A DNA stretch of 64,000 nucleotides from the NCBI GenBank assembly GCA_016209385.1, contig JACQWB010000136.1:5880-69879 (forward strand). Reading direction: 5' to 3'. The position numbers and the translations under genes were made by a program. Shown here piece after piece: positions 18,390-27,248 of the stretch. Under the pieces are notes generated by a model that saw only the letters and a program-made list of their open reading frames with translations, was not told where the DNA came from and did no database searches. Position 1 is the stretch's first letter, and each line of letters begins with the position of its first letter. Source of the stretch: Candidatus Rokuibacteriota bacterium. Its GTDB lineage: Bacteria > Methylomirabilota > Methylomirabilia > Rokubacteriales > CSP1-6.

Positions 18390-18809
18390 GTGGCCAGCGC
18401 GCGTACGCTCGTTGAGAAGACGATTGTGCCCATCCGGTCGGATCGGGACATCGTGACCGCCCGCGAGCAGGGGCGCGGCGTGGCGTTGCTGTTGGGATTT
18501 TCGCCGACCGAGGTGACGCTGATCGCCACGGCGATCTCGGAGCTGGCGCGGAACATCGTCCTCTATGCAGGCACCGGGGAAATGGTGCTGGGGCTCGTGG
18601 AGGAGAGCAAGAAGCGCGGGATGGTTATCGTGGCTCGCGACGAAGGGCCGGGCATCGCCGACGTCCGGCGGGCCGTCGTGGACGGCTACTCCACCTCCGG
18701 CGGCCTGGGGCTGGGTTTGCCGGGGGTGAGACGGCTGATGGACGAGTTCGACATCTCGTCGGAGCTCGGCAAGGGCACGACCGTCACCATCAGGAAATGG
18801 AAACGGTGA
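18390..18809 (+). CDS. rsbT: RsbT-like serine kinase / switch protein (HATPase_c, GHKL fold).
   Basis: IRSDRDIVTAREQGR...TAISELARNIVLYA...GPGIAD match RsbT/RsbW-type kinases. Confidence 0.8.
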   Translation: MASARTLVEKTIVPIRSDRDIVTAREQGRGVALLLGFSPTEVTLIATAISELARNIVLYAGTGEMVLGLVEESKKRGMVIVARDEGPGIADVRRAVVDGYSTSGGLGLGLPGVRRLMDEFDISSELGKGTTVTIRKWKR

Positions 18810-19402
18810 TCGAGTGGGCCGTTGGGGCGCTCCCGCTGCCCGGGCAAACCGCATCCGGTGATCGCCATGTCGTCAAGCCCTTCTCCCACGGCGTCCTGGT
18901 CGCGGCGATCGACGGCTTAGGACACGGCGGGGAGGCCGCCTTCGCGGCCCAAATCGCGGTCACCACGCTGGAAACCTTCTCCCACGAGTCCCTCATCCCG
19001 CTGCTGAAACGGTGCCACGAAATGCTCCGCGCGACCCGGGGCGTCGTGATGAGCCTGGCAGCGTTCAACCCGCGCGACGAGACGATGACGTGGCTGGGCG
19101 TTGGGAACGTCGAAGGGATCCTGGTTCGCGCCGACCCTGACGCCAACCCGCGGCGGGAGGCGCTCCTCCTCCGGGGCGGCGTTGTCGGGGGCCAATTACC
19201 GGACCTCCGCGGCAGCATTTTCACGGTGGCGCCTGGCGACACCCTGATGCTCGCCACCGACGGGATCCGCCCCGAGTTCGCCGACACGGCGAACACGATC
19301 GGTGAGCCCCAGCAGATCGCCGATCACATCCTGGCGGAGTACGGTAAGGGCACGGACGACGCGCTGGTGGTGGTCGCGCGGTACGTGGGCAAGGCGGGAT
19401 GA
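18797..19402 (+). CDS. rsbX: PP2C-family (SpoIIE-type) phosphatase, RsbX-like feedback phosphatase.
   Basis: ASGDRHVV...VAAIDGLGHG...LATDGI are PPM motifs. It overlaps rsbT and the downstream kinase, indicating translational coupling. Confidence 0.75.
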   Translation: METVIEWAVGALPLPGQTASGDRHVVKPFSHGVLVAAIDGLGHGGEAAFAAQIAVTTLETFSHESLIPLLKRCHEMLRATRGVVMSLAAFNPRDETMTWLGVGNVEGILVRADPDANPRREALLLRGGVVGGQLPDLRGSIFTVAPGDTLMLATDGIRPEFADTANTIGEPQQIADHILAEYGKGTDDALVVVARYVGKAG

Positions 19403-20700
19403 AGGACGCCGTGCAGGCGCTCGCGGAAGAGTATACGGCGGCGTTGAAGGAGTACCTGGCCGGCCGGGAGGAAGCGCTTCTGCAGCGCGCCTACGAACTC
19501 GGACGCAAAGCGCTCGCCGGCGGGTTGGGCGTGGTGGAAATGGTCACGCTCCACCGGGAGGCCATGGTGAACGTCTCGCCTGCCGCGCTCGATCAAGTCG
19601 CGGAGGCTGTGAGCGCGGCGGGGAACTTCCTGGCGGAGAGCCTGTCGCCCTTCGAGATGACGCACCGCGGGTTCCGCGAAGCGAATGCCGCGCTGCAGGT
19701 GAGCGAGGCGCGCTATCGCGAGCTGTTCGAGAACGCCAACGACATCATCTTCACCACGGATCTCGAGGGGAACTTCACCTCGATCAATCGGGCCGGCGAG
19801 CAACTCAGCGGCTACCAGCGCGACGAGACGGCTTCGATGAGCTTCGCGGCGGTCATCGCACCCGAGGACCTCGAGCGGGCGTGGACGATGCTCCAGCGGA
19901 AGCTCACGGGCCAGGCGGAACGCACCAGTTACGAGTTAGAGATCCTTACGAAGGACGGGCGCCGTGTCCCGCTCGAAGTCAGTACCCGGCTGATCTACCA
20001 CGAGGGGAAGCCCGCCGGGATCCAGGGCATTGCCCGCGATGTGACCGAGCGCAAGCGGGCCGAGCAGGCGGTGCGCCGGCTGAACGAGGTGCTGGAGGAG
20101 GAAACGAGACGGCTCGCCCATGCGCTCCACGACGAGGCGGGGCAGCTCCTGGTCTCCGTGTACCTCGCGCTGGAAGAGATCGGACGCGAGCTGCCCGCTC
20201 GGGCCCGCGGGCGTCTCCAGGAGGTGACGGCGTTGCTCGACCAGATCGAGGAGCAACTGCGGAGGCTCTCCCACGAGCTCCGTCCCACGATTCTGGACGA
20301 CCTGGGGCTCGTGCCTGCGGTCGAATTCCTGGCAGGAAGGGTCGCCAAGCGGAGTGGACTCCGGATCGGCGTCGAGGGCTCGACGGGGGGGCGGCTGCCA
20401 CCGTTGATGGAGACCGCCCTGTACCGGAGCGTGCAGGAGGCCCTGGCCAACGTGGCGAGACACGCTCAGGCCACCCGCGTGAGGGTCCACCTCCGGCGGG
20501 AGGCCCGCGCGATCCGGTGTTCCGTCCGGGATGACGGTGTCGGCTTCGACGTGGGGACCGTCCTGGCGCGACGGGGCGACCGCGGCCTGGGGTTGGTCGG
20601 GATTCGGGAGCGGGCCGGCGCGTTAGGGGGCACGCTCGAGGTCATTTCCGCCCCCGGCCGGGGAACCGAGCTGCTCATCACGATTCCCCTGGGGACCTGA
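19399..20700 (+). CDS. Sensor histidine kinase with an N-terminal RsbU_N (RsbT-binding) domain, a PAS domain, a HisKA_3 (NarL-type) dimerisation domain and HATPase_c.
   Basis: N-terminal ~90 aa resemble the RsbU N-terminal domain. PAS region FENANDIIFTTDLEGNFTSINRA. H-box LAHALHDEAGQLL. G-box DRGLGLVGIRERA. ATGA overlap with rsbX. Confidence 0.8.
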   Translation: MKDAVQALAEEYTAALKEYLAGREEALLQRAYELGRKALAGGLGVVEMVTLHREAMVNVSPAALDQVAEAVSAAGNFLAESLSPFEMTHRGFREANAALQVSEARYRELFENANDIIFTTDLEGNFTSINRAGEQLSGYQRDETASMSFAAVIAPEDLERAWTMLQRKLTGQAERTSYELEILTKDGRRVPLEVSTRLIYHEGKPAGIQGIARDVTERKRAEQAVRRLNEVLEEETRRLAHALHDEAGQLLVSVYLALEEIGRELPARARGRLQEVTALLDQIEEQLRRLSHELRPTILDDLGLVPAVEFLAGRVAKRSGLRIGVEGSTGGRLPPLMETALYRSVQEALANVARHAQATRVRVHLRREARAIRCSVRDDGVGFDVGTVLARRGDRGLGLVGIRERAGALGGTLEVISAPGRGTELLITIPLGT

Positions 20701-20702
20701 CG

Positions 20703-21335
20703 ATGCCACTTCGGATCCTCTTGGCCGACGATCATCAGATCGTCCGTCAGGGGTTGAAAGCCATCCTCGAGCGGGAGGGGTTCGGCATCGCCGGCGAGGC
20801 GGCGGACGGCCACGAGGCAGTCCGGCTGGCCCGGGAGGTGTCCCCCGATGTGGCCGTCCTCGATCTCGCGATGCCGCTGCTGAACGGGCTGGGCGCAGCG
20901 CGCGAAATCCACCCGGCTTCCCCCCGGACGCGAACGATCCTGCTGACCATGCATACCGAGGACCAGTACATCCTGGAGGCCCTCCGGGCCGGATTCAAGG
21001 GGATCGTCTTAAAGAGTCAGGCCGCCGCGGACCTGGTCCAGGCGATCCGGGAGGTTTCCCGGGGAGGGATCTACCTGAGCCCCGGCGTCTCCCGCGCGGT
21101 GGTCGAGGCGTATCGGGCCAAGACCGAGCTTGTCGCCGATCCCCTCACTCCCCGGGAGCAAGAAGTCCTCCAGCTGATCGCCGAAGGAAAGACGACGAAG
21201 GAGATCGCGACCCTGCTCGGGGTCAGCGTCAAGACCGCGGAGTCCCACCGGACCCGGCTCATGGACAAGCTCGACATCCACGAGACCGCCAGCCTGGTCC
21301 GCTACGCCATCCGTCGGGGCCTGGTCGAGCCCTGA
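20703..21335 (+). CDS. NarL/FixJ-family response regulator (REC + LuxR-type HTH).
   Basis: ILLADDHQIVRQG...VAVLDLAMP...LTPREQEVLQLIAEGKTTKEIA. Confidence 0.85.
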   Translation: MPLRILLADDHQIVRQGLKAILEREGFGIAGEAADGHEAVRLAREVSPDVAVLDLAMPLLNGLGAAREIHPASPRTRTILLTMHTEDQYILEALRAGFKGIVLKSQAAADLVQAIREVSRGGIYLSPGVSRAVVEAYRAKTELVADPLTPREQEVLQLIAEGKTTKEIATLLGVSVKTAESHRTRLMDKLDIHETASLVRYAIRRGLVEP

Positions 21336-21552
21336 CCCCGGCGGCCCCCGCGGGCCGCCCCCTTTCCCGTTCAGGGGTTCCCCTCCCTTGTAATCCAGAG
21401 TTCACCGGATTGCCCTGCCCTGCGTGGAAAGGCCACACTTTCTTCGTACTTTACTATGTTGAGCACGGTTGATCGTCAGGCACGGTGGAAGCCGTCGGAG
21501 GGCTGGGTGCCCCACAAGGACGGGGATCGTCGTCTGCAGGGGAGACTTCGAG

Positions 21553-22185
21553 TTGCCGCTACGCATCCTCTTAGCTGACGACCACCTGATTGTTCGCCAG
21601 GGCGTCAAGGCGGTCCTCGAGCGCGAGGGGTTCGAGGTGGTCGCCGAGGCGGGAGACGGCCACGAGGCGGTCCAGATGGCCCGGGAGCATCATCCCGACG
21701 TGGCAGTCCTGGATCTTGCCATGCCGCTGCTGAACGGCCTGGATGCGGCGCGCGAGATTCCCCCCGTCTCGCCGCGGACGCGAACGATCCTGCTGACGGT
21801 GTACGCCGACGATCCGTACGTCGTGAAGGCGCTGCAGGCGGGGATCAGCGGCTACGTGTTGAAGACCCAGGCTGCGGCGGACCTCGTGCGGGCGATCCAG
21901 GAGGTCTCCCGGGGAGCGATCTACCTGAGCCCCGGCGTCTCCCGCACGGTCGTCGAGGCCTATCTGGCTAAGAGCGACCTCCCCCCCGACCCGCTGACCC
22001 CGCGGGAACGCGAGGTCCTACAGCTGATCGCCCAGGGGAAGCGGACGAAGGAGATCGCCCAGCTCTTGGGAATAGGGGTGAAGACCGCCGAGTCTCACCG
22101 GGCGCGGGTCATGGAGAAGCTGAACATTCACGAGACCGCCAGCCTGGTCCGCTACGCCGTCCGCCACGGCCTGATTCAGCCGTGA
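21553..22185 (+). CDS. NarL/FixJ-family response regulator, tandem paralogue of 20703-21335 (~70% identical). TTG start inferred by alignment with the paralogue.
   Basis: LPLRILLADDHLIVRQGVKAVLEREGF aligns with the paralogue's N-terminus. GGGGAG Shine-Dalgarno sequence upstream of TTG 21553. Confidence 0.8.
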   Translation: MPLRILLADDHLIVRQGVKAVLEREGFEVVAEAGDGHEAVQMAREHHPDVAVLDLAMPLLNGLDAAREIPPVSPRTRTILLTVYADDPYVVKALQAGISGYVLKTQAAADLVRAIQEVSRGAIYLSPGVSRTVVEAYLAKSDLPPDPLTPREREVLQLIAQGKRTKEIAQLLGIGVKTAESHRARVMEKLNIHETASLVRYAVRHGLIQP

Positions 22186-22502
22186 GCCGCCCTGGCTCGC
22201 GCGGGCTGCCTCTGACGAGGCACGAATGGCCCGTCGTCGCGGCATGCCTCCTCGCCTCCGCGCTCCTGGGAGGGGGACCCGTCCGGAGCGCCGACGGCAT
22301 GGACGCCGAGGTGACTCGCGAGATGCGCTACAGCAGAAACTTCCTGGAGCAGGGGCAGGCCGCCTTCGTTGAGATGGTTCAGGCCCTTGTGAAGCGTGGC
22401 TGCAAGACCAACCTGGCCTACGCCTACGCCAAAGAAGAGGAACCCGGCGTCATCGTGCTCGGCGTGAGATGCCTTGACTGGGCCGAGCAGGCTGCGCAAT
22501 AG
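22182..22502 (+). CDS. Small hypothetical secreted protein (106 aa).
   Basis: Hydrophobic N-terminal segment WPVVAACLLASALLGG. 4-nt overlap with the upstream regulator gene. Confidence 0.4.
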   Translation: MSRPGSRGLPLTRHEWPVVAACLLASALLGGGPVRSADGMDAEVTREMRYSRNFLEQGQAAFVEMVQALVKRGCKTNLAYAYAKEEEPGVIVLGVRCLDWAEQAAQ

Positions 22503-22570
22503 GTCCCCTCACCCGGGCGCAGCGCCCTCCTGAAGCGGAGCCGCGTTTCTAGATAGGCCGTGATGATTAG

Positions 22571-22737
22571 GAGCGTGTCGGAGTAATGCCCTTCGAGCGC
22601 GGGCTTCGCCCGTGCAATTGACTCGGGCCTCGCGCGGCGGGTGGCCTGCCTCGCGGCATGGCCGAACCCGCCACGCTCGAACCACCATTCCTGGGGGAGG
22701 CCTCGGAGGGGGCCGTCGAGGCCCCCTTCGATTGTTC
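22571..22737 (-). repeat. Copy B of the dispersed repeat. Long form with a ~70-bp internal module. Reverse orientation.
   Basis: The reverse complement matches copy A end-to-end. It has an insertion homologous to the 63-bp tandem unit at 16519-16644. Confidence 0.85.
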
Positions 22738-23040
22738 TAGCTGCAGCCCGGCCTTCAGCCGCCCTCTCCCGGCCCGCCATCCTCAGAGATCTTTCAGCGC
22801 AATTCCCGATCGAACTGCGTTAGGTTCGGGGATTTTCCGCCCCCCGATTGGAGCGTTCGACGGATTGTAAGCCTGCTGGCTCGCCGCCTAGCCTTTACGG
22901 AGGGCGGAATTTCGAGGCTGCCGACAACTCGGGAAGCACAAACAGGAGGGGCGGAAGATGTAAAGAACGGAGCGGACGAACCATTCAAGTCCACAGCTAG
23001 CAGGGAAAAATAGCCGGTAAACGGCCAGAGGAGAAACGCT

Positions 23041-24141
23041 ATGGCAGGAAGCGTTACTCGTAAGTTTTGCTTGCTCCTTCTCACGATCCTCCCGATCGCC
23101 TTGCTCGCACTTCCCACGCCCGCGCTGAGCCATGTCCTGGTCGAGAAGTTCTTCACCGCGCCGGACGGCGCCCCACTGCCGACCGACGCCGCCACGGGGC
23201 TTCCGCTCGTGCGAGCGGTGGTGGACGGAAGCGGGACGGTCGTCGCGACGGTTCCGCCGCGCGTCATTGCCGTCGTGGCCGCCCTGAACGAGACGGGGTT
23301 CCAGGCCAACTCGGCGCGGATGTTTGACACGCTGCCCGAGGAGTTCCGGCTGACCTCGCCCGACGTGAGTGCCGTCGGGGCCGTTCACGTCAGTGACACC
23401 GGGGAGGTCCTGGCCGAGGTCCCGTCGGCCCAGCTCGACGTGGTCGTGATGGGCAACGTGGTGGTCGTGACGATCTTGAACATGCCCGCGGCCATCGGGC
23501 GGGCGCTCGACCTTGGGGAGTCGATCCTCTTCCGGCTCGATCTGACCTCGACCCTGATCGGCACCTCCGGCGTGAGCTTCCCGCGCGTCGCCCGCAACGT
23601 CGCCGAGGTCTTCTTCTTCCCTCAGGTCAACCTGGAGGGCGGCCCGATCGGGCAAGGCGCGGCGGCCGAGCTGATCATCAGGGCCGAGGAGGAGGTGCCG
23701 CCTCCGCCGCAGGTCGAGGGGCGCATGACGGGTGGCGGGAGCGTGTTCACGGACACCGGCATGCGGGTGACCCATGGCTTCGAGCTGCATTGTGATGTGA
23801 ATCGGAAACCTAACCGCCTGCAGGTCAACTGGCATCCGGGCGGCGAGGCAAGCCATCGGTTCCACCTGCAGACGCTCACCTTTGCCCAGTGCACCGACGA
23901 CCCGACCATCTCGCCTAATCCCCCGGCGGCGCCGTTCGACACCTACGAAGGCAGGGGGACCGGGCTCGTTGACGGACAGCCCGGGGCCACGGCGGAGTGG
24001 GTGTTCACCGATGCCGGGGAACCCGGCACGAGCGACAGGATCCGCAGGCTGATCATCAGGGACGCCAGCGGAGCCGTCGTCCTCTTGATTCCCGAGCCGG
24101 GTAAGACGCTGACTTTTGGCAACCATCAGGCCCACAAGTAG
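23041..24141 (+). CDS. Hypothetical secreted protein (366 aa). No recognisable domain.
   Basis: Clear signal peptide MAGSVTRKFCLLLLTILPIALLALPTPALS. GAGGAG Shine-Dalgarno sequence. Good coding statistics. Confidence 0.55.
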   Translation: MAGSVTRKFCLLLLTILPIALLALPTPALSHVLVEKFFTAPDGAPLPTDAATGLPLVRAVVDGSGTVVATVPPRVIAVVAALNETGFQANSARMFDTLPEEFRLTSPDVSAVGAVHVSDTGEVLAEVPSAQLDVVVMGNVVVVTILNMPAAIGRALDLGESILFRLDLTSTLIGTSGVSFPRVARNVAEVFFFPQVNLEGGPIGQGAAAELIIRAEEEVPPPPQVEGRMTGGGSVFTDTGMRVTHGFELHCDVNRKPNRLQVNWHPGGEASHRFHLQTLTFAQCTDDPTISPNPPAAPFDTYEGRGTGLVDGQPGATAEWVFTDAGEPGTSDRIRRLIIRDASGAVVLLIPEPGKTLTFGNHQAHK

Positions 24142-24160
24142 CGGCCGCTGACCGGACCCA

Positions 24161-24190
24161 GGGGGAGAGCTCCGTGCGGGGCTCTCCCCC
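24161..24190 (+). terminator. Rho-independent terminator hairpin downstream of 23041-24141.
   Basis: GGGGGAGAGC-(10 nt loop)-GCTCTCCCCC is a perfect 10-bp stem. It is followed by a T-rich tract (CCTTTAGGGCATTTTCC). Confidence 0.6.
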
Positions 24191-24632
24191 GCTTCGCCTT
24201 TAGGGCATTTTCCTCGTTTCCTTTCCGGGATTCACCCGATTCCGGGTCTTCGGTACCGTGCGCTACGGTGAGAAAGAATCGACGCGAGCGCGGCTGCCTT
24301 TGAGGGGAGCGAAACGCTGAACCGGAACGCTCTGAGCGACTTTAAATCGGCGCTGACCTCCAGGCTGAACGTGAGAGTCGCCGTGAAGTGCCCTCGGACC
24401 AGCCATCGCTCGCGTTCGCTGAGTATCCTGGCGGCATAGACCGGTAACGAGGCGCCCGGCCTCGGCGCTCGGGTCGCAGGGGCAGGGGCGACGAGACCTC
24501 TTGCCTTCTCAGGCAGGGACTTGGTCGCCGGAGCAAAGAAGGTCCAAGACGCGTGCGGGGTTCGGCCTTCGAGACGGGGCGCGAACCAAAGGGGGCGAAG
24601 CCTTGCCAGGGGACGTCGAGTTCGAGGGAGAG

Positions 24633-25181
24633 ATGCGCGGCTGGCCGGTGAACAGTCGAGCGGAGAGCGCCCGGTCGGCCGAGGCAAAGTGGTACGCGCT
24701 CTGGACCCAGAGCAACTGCGAGCAGCTCGTACACGATCAGCTGGCGGCGAAGGGGTATCATCCGTTTCTTCCGAAGCTGGGCGCCTGGTCCAGGCGCGGG
24801 GGCGTGCGGCGTCTCATCGACGTTCCGATGTTCCGCGGGTACCTCTTCCTGAACCACACGATGGACAAGTCCAGTTACATCGAGGTGCTCAAGACGCGGG
24901 GCGTGGTCCGCGTTCTGGGGGAGCGGTGGGATCGCCTGGAGGTGGTCCCGGACAGCGAGATCGAAGCGATCCAGCGGGTTCTGCGCGTGCGCATCCCGGT
25001 TCTGCCGTATGCGTACTTGCGGGAAGGCCAGCGGGTGCGCATCACCGGCGGGCCGCTGGCAGATATCGAGGGCATCCTGGTGCAGCGCAGACCGAACAAA
25101 GGGCTGCTGGTTCTCTCCGTGGACCTGCTCAAGCGGAGCATCGCGGTGGAGGTCGATTGTACGCGCGTGGCCGCCGCGTAG
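24633..25181 (+). CDS. NusG-paralog transcription antiterminator (NGN + KOW domains; RfaH/UpxY/LoaP-like). First gene of the EPS operon.
   Basis: NGN region WYALWTQSNCEQLVHDQLAAKGYHPFLPKL...VPMFRGYLFL. KOW region GQRVRITGGPLADIEGIL. Confidence 0.75.
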   Translation: MRGWPVNSRAESARSAEAKWYALWTQSNCEQLVHDQLAAKGYHPFLPKLGAWSRRGGVRRLIDVPMFRGYLFLNHTMDKSSYIEVLKTRGVVRVLGERWDRLEVVPDSEIEAIQRVLRVRIPVLPYAYLREGQRVRITGGPLADIEGILVQRRPNKGLLVLSVDLLKRSIAVEVDCTRVAAA

Positions 25182-25267
25182 GCGCCTGGACCGGCGGTCC
25201 GCGGCACCGGCAGGGCGTGTGCTTTAGGAGTTGAAGAAGCGCGCAGTGGGATGCTATAAGCGACAGC

Positions 25268-26398
25268 ATGGCGATGCGGGCGGGAGGGGCCGCGCTGGCG
25301 GTCGTGCTCCTGGGAGCGGTGCTCGTCCCGGGCCTCGCCGGCGCTCAGCCTGGCGTCTTCGTGACTCCCTCCTTCTCCATCGCCGAGGTGTACGACGACA
25401 ACCTGTTCTTCACTCCCTCCCGACGCGAGAAGGACCTGATCTCGCGCTTCAGCCCGGGGATTCAGGCCGGCTACCAGTCCGTCCCGCTCACGCTCCTGGG
25501 TCGCTACACGTTCGACGCGGAGATCTATCCCGACCACCCGGAGCTGGACGACGCCCAGGTGCGCCAGGAAGCCGGGATCGAGTTCCGGTCCCGGCCAAAC
25601 CGGACGCTGACGCTGTCGTTCGACGGGGCATTCCTGGAAACGCAAACGCCCGGCCAGCTCAACGTGGCGACCGGCATTCTGGTGGGGCGGGTGCGCGCCC
25701 AGCGCCTCTCCGCCAAGCCCGGCGTCGCCTACGAGTTCGACCCCCTCACGGCCGGGGCTGCGGAGTACACGTTGACGGAGGACGAGCTGTCGGGGGGTGT
25801 CACGATCCTGACCCATGTCGGCGACCTTCGCCTCGACCGGCGGATCACGCCGCTGGACACGGGGAGCGTGGGCTATACCCTCCGCGAGTTCGACTTCGAC
25901 CCGGGCGGCACCACCACCTCCCATGCGGTCACGCTCGGCTGGACGCGCCAGCTCACGCCGCTGACGAGCCTCACGCTTCGCGGCGGACCCCGCTTCAGCG
26001 AGGGGTCGGTGGACCCGGAAGTCTCGGCCTCGATCCGCCATCGGCTCAGGCTCGGGGAGGTCTCGTTCACGTACTCGCGCAGCCAGACCACGGTCATCGG
26101 GCGGGCGGGCAGCGTGGACAACGAGGCCTTCATCGCCACCGCGGTGCTCGAGCCCCTGCCGTCGCTGGAGGTACGCGCCGCGCCGAGCCTCCTTCGGACC
26201 TTCGACGCCGACCGGGAAGCCAGGGTGTACGCGCTGGATCTGACGGCCGAATACAAGATCACGGCGTGGCTTTCCCTCGAAGGCGCCTACGAGTTCAGTT
26301 TCCAGGAGGGCGGCGTCAACGCGATACGCGACGAGGAGATCTCCCACAATATCATCCTGCTGCGGCTGACCGTCAAGCAGCCCTACCGCATTTACTAA
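25268..26398 (+). CDS. Outer-membrane beta-barrel protein of the EPS locus (EpsL-like).
   Basis: Signal peptide. Alternating amphipathic beta-strands throughout. C-terminus ends with the aromatic residue RIY. Confidence 0.65.
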   Translation: MAMRAGGAALAVVLLGAVLVPGLAGAQPGVFVTPSFSIAEVYDDNLFFTPSRREKDLISRFSPGIQAGYQSVPLTLLGRYTFDAEIYPDHPELDDAQVRQEAGIEFRSRPNRTLTLSFDGAFLETQTPGQLNVATGILVGRVRAQRLSAKPGVAYEFDPLTAGAAEYTLTEDELSGGVTILTHVGDLRLDRRITPLDTGSVGYTLREFDFDPGGTTTSHAVTLGWTRQLTPLTSLTLRGGPRFSEGSVDPEVSASIRHRLRLGEVSFTYSRSQTTVIGRAGSVDNEAFIATAVLEPLPSLEVRAAPSLLRTFDADREARVYALDLTAEYKITAWLSLEGAYEFSFQEGGVNAIRDEEISHNIILLRLTVKQPYRIY

Positions 26399-26400
26399 GA

Positions 26401-26498
26401 CAGTCGGAGGGGGCCTCGACGGCCCCCTCCGAAGCCTCCCCCACGAATCGGTTGCGCGGGCGAAGCCCGCGCTCGAAGGGCATTGACTCCGACACGCT
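26401..26498 (+). repeat. Copy C of the dispersed repeat (short form).
   Basis: CAGTCGGAGGGGGCCTCGACGGCCCCCTCCGAAGCCTCCCCCACGAATCGGTTGCGCGGGCGAAGCCCGCGCTCGAAGGGCATTGACTCCGACACGCT. Confidence 0.85.
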
Positions 26499-26618
26499 AC
26501 TAGGCGGTCGGTTTCCGCCCCCGTTCCTCGAGGGCCGCGCCTGTCGGCTTGAGCGGCAGGCGGCCTTCGCCCCACCCCGATTCTTCAAGCGACACGCCTC
26601 CCGATCCGGAGGAACGCC

Positions 26619-27224
26619 ATGGTGATTGCGCGGCTCGTTTGGCGACTCGTGATCCCGGCGCTCATCGTCGGCGCGACCGCGCTGGCCGTGGGACACGGCC
26701 GCGCGTGCGGTGAGGAAGGGGCCGCCGCCGTCGAGCCCGGCGATTACCGGATCGGGCCGGAGGACGTGCTCGACATCGCGGTCTGGAACAACACGGCGGT
26801 CAGCCGAACGGTCCCCGTGCGGCCGGACGGCAAGATCTCGCTCCCGCTCGTGAACGACATCCGGGCGGCGGGCCTGACGCCGATGCAGCTCCGGGATGTC
26901 CTGATGAAGAAGCTCGTGGAGTACATGCCTCAGCCCGAAGTGTCGGTCATCGTGCGGGAGGTGCGCAGCTTCAAGGTATCGGTTCTCGGCGAGGTGAAGA
27001 CGCCGGGTCGGTACGAGCTGCGGAGCCGGAGCACCGTGCTGGATGTCCTTGCCATGGCCGGCCCGTTCAGCGAGTTCGCCGCCCGCTCGCGGATCATCAT
27101 CCTCCGCCACGACGGCAGCAGCAGCATCAAGCGGATCCCGTTCAACTACAACACGGCCATCTCGGGGCACGTGAACGGGGAGAGCTTCTTCCTCCAGCCC
27201 GGGGACATCATCCTGGTGCCGTAG
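26619..27224 (+). CDS. Periplasmic polysaccharide export protein (Wza-like Poly_export + SLBB; EpsE-like).
   Basis: DYRIGPEDVLDIAVWNN...VRPDGKISLPLVNDIRAAGLTPMQL matches the polysaccharide-export family. Confidence 0.8.
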   Translation: MVIARLVWRLVIPALIVGATALAVGHGRACGEEGAAAVEPGDYRIGPEDVLDIAVWNNTAVSRTVPVRPDGKISLPLVNDIRAAGLTPMQLRDVLMKKLVEYMPQPEVSVIVREVRSFKVSVLGEVKTPGRYELRSRSTVLDVLAMAGPFSEFAARSRIIILRHDGSSSIKRIPFNYNTAISGHVNGESFFLQPGDIILVP

Positions 27225-27248
27225 CCGGCACCCTCGGGGGGGAACGAC

